From Octopus bimaculoides (lineage: Eukaryota): a stretch of DNA of 61,583 nucleotides. Of this stretch, positions 53,932 to 61,583 are shown in pieces. Position 1 is the stretch's first letter, and each line of letters begins with the position of its first letter. The notes under the pieces were generated by a model, which saw nothing but the letters and a program-made list of their open reading frames with translations, ran no database searches and had not been told where the DNA came from. The stretch is taken from positions 75,267,485-75,329,067 of the forward strand of contig NC_068990.1 of the NCBI RefSeq assembly GCF_001194135.2, read 5' to 3'. The position numbers and the translations under genes are program-made.

Positions 53932-54290
53932 TTCAAGTACGTATGGATAGATCTATGTACGAATATATACGAATGATGCTGATAGCATCTCAATGTGTGG
54001 TGTATTAGTTTCGTTTATCAGTCAATACCTTGAGACTAGATCTAACCATTGACGGGAAAAATATGTAATATTTTTCATACAGATGAAATCTCTTACGTTA
54101 GATCAATATTGGAAAGAGCTTATCATGAAGACCTTCAAGAGAACAGAGAAAATGCATACTTATACGCAAGCATTAACATAAACCTATAGAATTATATAGC
54201 ATAGATGCATGGGCATACACATTTTCCCCCCATTTTCCATTTTACTGTCATAAATCTACATCTATATATGTATGCATACATACATTCATT

Positions 54291-54370
<80 letters not shown>

Positions 54371-54994
54371 ACCTAAGTAGAAAGATGCGTTATTCTATAG
54401 TNNNNNNNNNNNNNNNNNNNNNNNNNNNNNNNNNNNNNNNNNNNNNNNNNNNNNNNNNNNNNNNNNNNNNNNNNNNNNNNNNNNNNNNNNNNNNNNNNNN
54501 NNNNNNNNNNNNNNNNNNNNNNNNNNNNNNNNNNNNNNNNNNNNNNNNNNNNNNNNNNNNNNNNNNNNNNNNNNNNNNNNNNNNNNNNNNNNNNNNNNNN
54601 NNNNNNNNNNNNNNNNNNNNNNNNNNNNNNNNNNNNNNNNNNNNNNNNNNNNNNNNNNNNNNNNNNNNNNNNNNNNNNNNNNNNNNNNNNNNNNNNNNNN
54701 NNNNNNNNNNNNNNNNNNNNNNNNNNNNNNNNNNNNNNNNNNNNNNNNNNNNNNNNNNNNNNNNNNNNNNNNNNNNNNNNNNNNNNNNNNNNNNNNNNNN
54801 NNNNNNNNNNNNNNNNNNNNNNNNNNNNNNNNNNNNNNNNNNNNNNNNNNNNNNNNNNNNNNNNNNNNNNNNNNNNNNNNNNNNNNNNNNNNNNNNNNNN
54901 NNNNNNNNNNNNNNNNNNNNNNNNNNNNNNNNNNNNNNNNNNNNNNNNNNNNNNNNNNNNNNNNNNNNNNNNNNNNNNNNNNNNNNNNNNNNNN

Positions 54995-55042
<48 letters not shown>

Positions 55043-55072
55043 AGTCTATTGGAGTTAGTGTCATTTTCTTTA

Positions 55073-55107
<35 letters not shown>

Positions 55108-55611
55108 GTGTACAAAGTGACAGGCAGATTGATGCAATACATCTCGATATGTACAAATATTTGATAAGATTCAGACGATATCAATATCGTAACGATCTAT
55201 CTATGTATAAGCGTAATATCGTTCTTTGAATAATGAATATTACATAAGTACAACTCGTTTAAGCTCGACAGCACTTATCAGCCTTATGGAAGCTTGGTAT
55301 GGAATTGCGCATGCAATTTGTCACCATATCCTGTGATGTAATACTGATGTGATTAATTAGGCTATAATGTGTTGCAATATCTGTTTATTTAACTTAAAAC
55401 AAATGTGACAGCTTGAATTGATATGCTGGGATTGACATTACGTTAGGTTACCGTCCAACAATGATAAACACCGCCAGAAGACTTTGATATCATATTTTAT
55501 TTCTCCGAACCAAAATGTCGATATCTGATTTGTGTTATCGTTAAACGTGAATACGTTTTGATTATTTACTGCGTTAGCAAAAGCCTGTCATAGTTGAAAG
55601 TAACTTTTATC

Positions 55612-55810
55612 CTTTTTATCTTTTAGTTGCCTCAGTCATTGGGTTGCCGCTGCAAGTGTTCGTATTCGAACGAATCGACACAGAACTTACTTTTCTTTTA
55701 ATGAACCTGATACGTATTCTATCGTTATCTTTTTTTTACTGAACCGACCGCTAAGTTACGGAGGCGTAAACAAACTAACGCCGGTTTTTAATCAGTAAAG
55801 CACAAAAACA
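55612..55810 (-). mobile_element. SINE family B 3' half
   Basis: CCGCTAAGTTACGGAGGCGTAAAC followed by a (CA)n tract. Confidence 0.75.
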
Positions 55811-55835
55811 CATACACATGCACAAACACACGCGA

Positions 55836-55869
<34 letters not shown>

Positions 55870-55884
55870 GCACGCGCACACACT

Positions 55885-55932
<48 letters not shown>

Positions 55933-56509
55933 AATTCAAAAAGAAGTCCACTGTGTGGCGTTATTATTTACTGTAATAATGCCCTTTATATAAATGTAAA
56001 CGAATAATTATATTCTTGGGAATAGAAATTTCCCTTNNNNNNNNNNNNNNNNNNNNNNNNNNNNNNATTTTTTACACACTGGCTTCTTGATAAAATTCTT
56101 GTAAAAGAGTTTTATCCCTTTTTGAATTTATTTATCAAATATATACACGGAATATATTCAATGTTGAATTTTTATTCCTGTCTCCACATGGGTACCCAGA
56201 AGCAACCCGGAAGTATTCCCGCTGCTTTGATGAAGATATATACAGATAAACTTCATTCCCTTTACTCTGTCGGATACGTAGTGTGTTCGTTTTTGGTGAG
56301 GTGAGAATTCTGTTTATTTATATATATTTTTGGGACAATACTGTGCTGATGAACGAAATCTAGATTCATTCTAGTAATCGCGAAATCGGCCGATGCACAG
56401 TTAAGTTTATTTAAAAGAAAGTTGGTCGTCTTCTCTTGGTTGTTTTTCCTCGCATTAGGTACTAAATGTGGTTATTATGTGTGGCGTTATTATTTTCTGT
56501 AATAATGCC

Positions 56510-56546
<37 letters not shown>

Positions 56547-56768
56547 TCAAGATGCACATGCATAAAGTGATAATACCATGCTTGATTGAAAAACCTTTTT
56601 GATAGAAAAACATGAAAAAGCCCTATGATCAACCAGTTACAAGTCATTAAAATTGTACATATGATTCGAAAGGGCAGGTATTCGAAAGGGCAGGTATTCG
56701 AAAGGACAAGTTATAGTAATTATTGCATGTAGTCTGTGTTTCCCATATTATTTGAAATNNNNNNNNNN

Positions 56769-56808
<40 letters not shown>

Positions 56809-57067
56809 TCAAGATGCACATGCATAAAGTGATAATACCATGCTTGATTGAAAAACCTTTTTGATAGAAAAACATGAAAAAGCCCTATGATCAACCAGTT
56901 ACAAGTCATTAAAATTGTACATATGATTCGAAAGGGCAGGTATTCGAAAGGGCAGGTATTCGAAAGGACAAGTTATAGTAATTATTGCATGTAGTCTGTG
57001 TTTCCCATATTATTTGAAATACCAGAATGTGATTTGATATTTTTAATAGATCAAATAAGAAAAGAAA

Positions 57068-57285
57068 CTGGCACTCTGTCGCTCACGACGACGTGGGTTC
57101 CAGTTGATCTGATTAACGAAACAGCCTGCTCGTTAAATTAACGTGCAAGTGGCTGAGCACCCCACATATACGCGTACCCTTAACGTAATTCTCAAAGAGA
57201 TTTAGCGTGACACAGAATGTAACCAAGCTGGCCATTAGTATTACAGTTACAACTCATTTTTGCCAGCTGAGTGGACTGGAGCAAT
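57068..57285 (-). mobile_element. 5'-truncated SINE: CORE-like middle + tail 1
   Basis: Tail 1 plus ACTCATTTTTGCCAGCTGAGTGGACTGGAGCAA; no head. Confidence 0.85.
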
Positions 57286-57529
57286 ATGATGTGAGTTGAG
57301 GGATATTAGTCGTTATTCATAGTATTTCAAGCAATCAACTTGAGACCACCTTATATTATGAACCTATCAACTAGCAAATGTCACGTGAAGGAAGTATAGA
57401 TATATTTTCGTAAATAATATTACTTTAACTAGCAATATTCCGATATAAATTAACCAATAGACAGTTCCTTGTCTTCATCGTTACATTCTTCCACCTATAT
57501 ATATACTCAATTTCAACATGAACAAGCAG

Positions 57530-57709
57530 GAAAAAAACACGAAAAAGCAACGCGAGGGCGTAGAATAAGTACAGTGTTATTGGACGCTCAAGAAAAGAAA
57601 GAAAAGAGGATTTAACGTTTCGAAGGGAGATCTTCGTCAGAAATATAGGAAAAGTCCAAAGAAGGGAAGACAGAGAAAGAAAATCGCCAACGATGCACAC
57701 GCGGTCACA
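57530..57709 (-). mobile_element. Penelope-like terminal remnant (second subfamily) with a hammerhead-like motif (57610-57644)
   Basis: Minus strand ATTT-CTGACGA-A-GA(TCTCCCT)TC-GAAAC-GTT-AAAT; canonical CUGANGA core, weakened stem II. Confidence 0.6.
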
Positions 57710-59411
57710 TATTGTATATGTATGCATGTATGTATATACTTACATACATCCATACATACACTCACACACACAAATACACAAACGCACACATATGTATGCA
57801 CATGAAAATAGATAAATAACAAAGGAACTTCAGTAGCTTACACATGTTTCTACTATAAGACGCAGCGCACTGAGATTTTATAAAGCAGAAATAACTGTAA
57901 GTTAATTATGCTCGTTACATTTTCTTATGTTGCTTTTCATATATTTCAGTTTATATTCTGCTGTGTACTCGCCTAACACTTTATTCTGAAGCATGTGTAT
58001 ATCAAGCTCTAACACCACGTTATTAGCATCAAGAATGTGCGTGTGTATGCTCCAGAATGGCCTCATTCCGACGACTAAGACAAATAAAAGGAAAAAGCTA
58101 GGAAAAGAAATAAGGCTAAATGTTTCTGAGATGCTCCAGAAATTTGAGAATATTACTTTAAGAGTGTAGGCCTTTGAGTGAAATAAGTAAGGGATTTTCT
58201 TGAGTTCATTGAATAAAAAGAGACGAAGGACATAGACGAAGGAGGAACTGTCTACTTTGTTATCGAAAAGTGTTTAGGTAAGTGAGGGGATTTATGATTG
58301 TCCTAGCAGCGTCTGTTAGTGGAGGAAGTTCCATATGAATATATGCGTATGTACATACATACATACCAAGATGCTTACATACACCGTCACAGGCACAGCT
58401 TGACACGTGCCTAGAAATGCAAACATGAATACATAAACACACACACAAGCACACACAGACACACACACATATGTATGTATGTACGAATGTATGTATACGT
58501 ATATGTATATATGTGTGTGTATGTAGATATCCAAGTACAAGATAATACAGAAATGAAAATGTATTTATAAAACTGATGTACGTACTCACTCTTACTCGTC
58601 ACTCATTCACGCTTATATATATATATATATATATATTTGCACATTAACACACACACATATCTATATATTATATACACTCATATACAGATGTACACTTACG
58701 TTACACTAGAGAGGAGACTAATGTGTTAATAGATTAATTATTATTCATACGTGGTAGCCAGGCCAATAAATAAAGGGAGATAATAAGCAGGCTAATATTT
58801 TATCTAGCCATGCGTAGATATTAACTCAGTTTGTTTTTCTCCTTATTCCTATTTCGCATTTTTCTTTCTTTTTTTCTTTTTTTCTTTCCTAATTTCATTT
58901 TTCCCTGTTTTGCTGTACTTGCTTATTTTTCTTTTCTTTTCTTGCTTTTATCAAGTTGGCAGCAAATTATATCAAAAATAAGACAAAAATAACAAAGCAT
59001 AGAAATGAAAATTATACAGAAAAAGAGAGCCAAAACTCATGTACTTTTTATTGCATATGGATAAGGACGGAAGCTAATTTTGTTCAGAATATTCTAAAAA
59101 AAATTCCTTATTTCAAGAGTATTACTAAGATATAATGTTCATTTTCTCTCATTTTGTACATGCTTGTTATTATATGTGAATTGTGTGACAAGGAATATAT
59201 TTGTGTGCAAATAAATACGACGAATAAAAGGAACATAAATGGCAAAAGAAATAAGAAAAATAAGAATAAAACAAGAATATTATAAACAGACACTGTAAAG
59301 AATGAAATGATTGAGGAATTCAAATATGTTTTTAAAACACCAAAGAAATGCCAAAATGTTTTAGGCACATTACCAAATGGACCGAGATGAATATTTCATC
59401 GTCATCCTACG

Positions 59412-59471
<60 letters not shown>

Positions 59472-60322
59472 ACATATGTCCACAAAACATATATATGCAA
59501 GCAACGCTATAGACCACACTCGGACGCTCACACAACCAGAAAAAGGCACAAGTAAACACACATATGTACACATGCACAAATACACACACACACACACACA
59601 TATATATGCATTTTATCTGCATATACATTCATCTGTCTCTCCCCCTCTCCCCTCCCTCTCTCCCTCTCTATATATATGTATATATATATATATGGGGGGG
59701 GGGGTTAAAATGCACATACGCACTTAAATACATGAACGCAGACATGTGAACGTGCAATCATGTGCATATATATATATATATATATATGTGGTGGGGGGGT
59801 GTAACTATTTATATATATATACATATATGCATACATGTAATCATACACACATACATACTTGTATATCGTCTTTGCATGAGTTCATACCCTTTGTTTTTAT
59901 GCCTGCAAAATCATTCAAAAACATTACACACACATATTCACACGCAAAAACGCGCAAACACACACACGCACATATGCACACAGACATACACATACACACC
60001 CGAGCACACACACACACGCACACATACGCAAGCACACAAGCACGCAAGCACGCGTGCGCGTATATTCATATGTTAGTTGGCCAATCAGTATCAAGCATAA
60101 TTGCTTTTGAGCTTCTCTATTCTTCTATTCATGTAGTAACTGCTTGGACCCCATGATGATGAAGACATTAAATTTTAAAGAACGACCAAAGAGCAAATCT
60201 CTGAAACAAAGATGCTAAGTACACCCGAATAAATGTCTGTATAATATACGCAACTGCAGAACCGTGAATGCTCCGTCTTACACAACAGATTCTTTTTCTC
60301 GTCATCAATGAGGAAATTACGT

Positions 60323-60513
60323 TACTCTTTTACTCTTTTAATGCGGCCATGCTGGAGTACCGCCTTTAGTCGAGCAAATACACCCCAGGATTTATTCTTT
60401 GAAAGCTTAGTACTTATTCTTTCGGGATCTTTTGCCGAACCGCTAAGTTACGGGGACGCAAACACACCACCATCTGTTGTGAAGCGATGTTGGGGGGCAA
60501 ACACAGACACACA

Positions 60514-60563
<50 letters not shown>

Positions 60564-60610
60564 NNNNNNNNNNNNNNNNNNNNNNNNNNNNNNNNNNNNN
60601 NNNNNNNNNN

Positions 60611-60647
<37 letters not shown>

Positions 60648-60836
60648 CGACGGGCTTCTTTCAGTTTCCGTCTTCCAAATCCAGTCACAAAGCTTCGGTT
60701 GGCCCGAGGCTATAGTAGAAGACACCTGCCCGAGGCTATAGTAGAAGACACTTGCCCAAGGTGCCACGCAGTGGGAATGAACCCAGAACCATGTGGTTGG
60801 TAAGCAAGCTACTTACCACACAGCCACTCCTGCGCC
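60323..60836 (-). mobile_element. Full-length SINE family B with internal (CA)n/(TA)n and gap
   Basis: Head GGCGCAGGAGTGGCTGTGTGGTAAG...GGGTTCATTCCC, CORE-like CCTTGGGCAAGTG, tail TAAAAGAGTAAAAGAGTA; short internal tandem duplication near 60703-60757. Confidence 0.92.
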
Positions 60837-61171
60837 TATAAAGTATTTAATTTTTGTAAGAACACGTAATACTCGAAACGATTTTTTTCGAATTTTTTCC
60901 AATTGTCTGCAAATCTAAGAATTTCACGATCTGATTTGTGTGTGAAAAAACAAAAAGAAATAAATGGGATACAAAATTCAGCAACGCATCAAATTTTATT
61001 GTGGCCAAGACTTGCGTGACATCGTTGCCACGATCTAAATTTTTCTCGTCGGTAAATTAGCAAAAGATTTGGGAAAAAGGCAGTTAAAAACTTTGGCAAG
61101 TTGTTAAAAAAATACGGACCATATAGTAGTGTCCTTCACTCTTGTGCATTTAAATAGATATTTAAATGTAA

Positions 61172-61512
61172 ATGCGGAGACCCCTTCGGTCATGACTGAC
61201 CATGGGAATGCACCTAGAAAGTTACCCTCCCAGGCACAAATCCGGGCAAGGTTGTTTATGGAAGACCAGCAGTCGCCCATGCATACCGGCTTTCCCTCTC
61301 CACGCTACCAATGTTATCCAAGGGAAAGGCAAAGGCTGATACAGCTTGGTACCAGTGACGTCGCAACTCATTTCTACTGCTGAGTGAACTGGAGCAACGA
61401 GAAATAAAGTGTCTTGCTCAAGAACACAACGCGTAACCCAGTCCAGCATTCGAACTCACAACCTCACGATCGTAAGCTCAATGCTCTAACCACTGAGCCA
61501 TGCGACTTCACA
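61172..61512 (-). mobile_element. SINE with tRNA head + CORE-like middle + tail 3
   Basis: Colinear with 36530-36850 in the opposite orientation. Confidence 0.88.
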
Positions 61513-61583
61513 AATGTAAATATGCATGCATATATATATATATATATTTATTTATTTATATATATGTGCATACACATACACAC

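Noticed and set aside
53450-53955. Duplicated GTATGTTTCAAGTACGTATGGATAGATC on both sides of a gap (similar case 55957 vs 56481)
   Set aside because: Most simply an assembly or haplotype artefact at gaps.
56510-57020. About 250-bp direct duplication including a 16-bp x3 ATTCGAAAGGGCAGGT repeat
   Set aside because: Identical copies flank a 10-N gap, typical of unmerged contig overlap. The 16-bp repeat has no spacers, so it is not CRISPR-like.

Overview
AT-rich, gapped, repeat-dense animal genomic DNA. It is most likely an octopod cephalopod, inferred from the tRNA-headed SINE families and microsatellite load; no database search was run. Most long ORFs in the track are artefacts of (TA)n/(CA)n/trinucleotide repeats or N gaps. 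I recognise no complete named gene, and there is no rRNA, CRISPR or prokaryotic system. Supported content: (1) many copies of several tRNA-derived SINE families, four with clear target-site duplications, whose head, core and tail modules appear shuffled; (2) decayed LINEs, namely an R4/Dong-like RLE element, CR1-like fragments and an RTE 5' end; (3) Tc1/mariner-, pogo- and hAT-type MITEs, including a 298-bp near-perfect foldback; (4) Penelope-type terminal remnants with minimal hammerhead-ribozyme motifs; (5) a tRNA-Ser(AGA) pseudogene; (6) a Myb/SANT-like relic. The best lead for something undescribed is a minus-strand candidate exon at about 13.5-13.9 kb. It encodes two diverged 48-aa repeats ending in FTHLPGTRR, with mostly synonymous differences at conserved residues, and may belong to a secreted peptide precursor. 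A second lead is a locally duplicated small ORF segment (6.2-6.9 kb vs 8.2-8.4 kb) showing filled and empty SINE sites.
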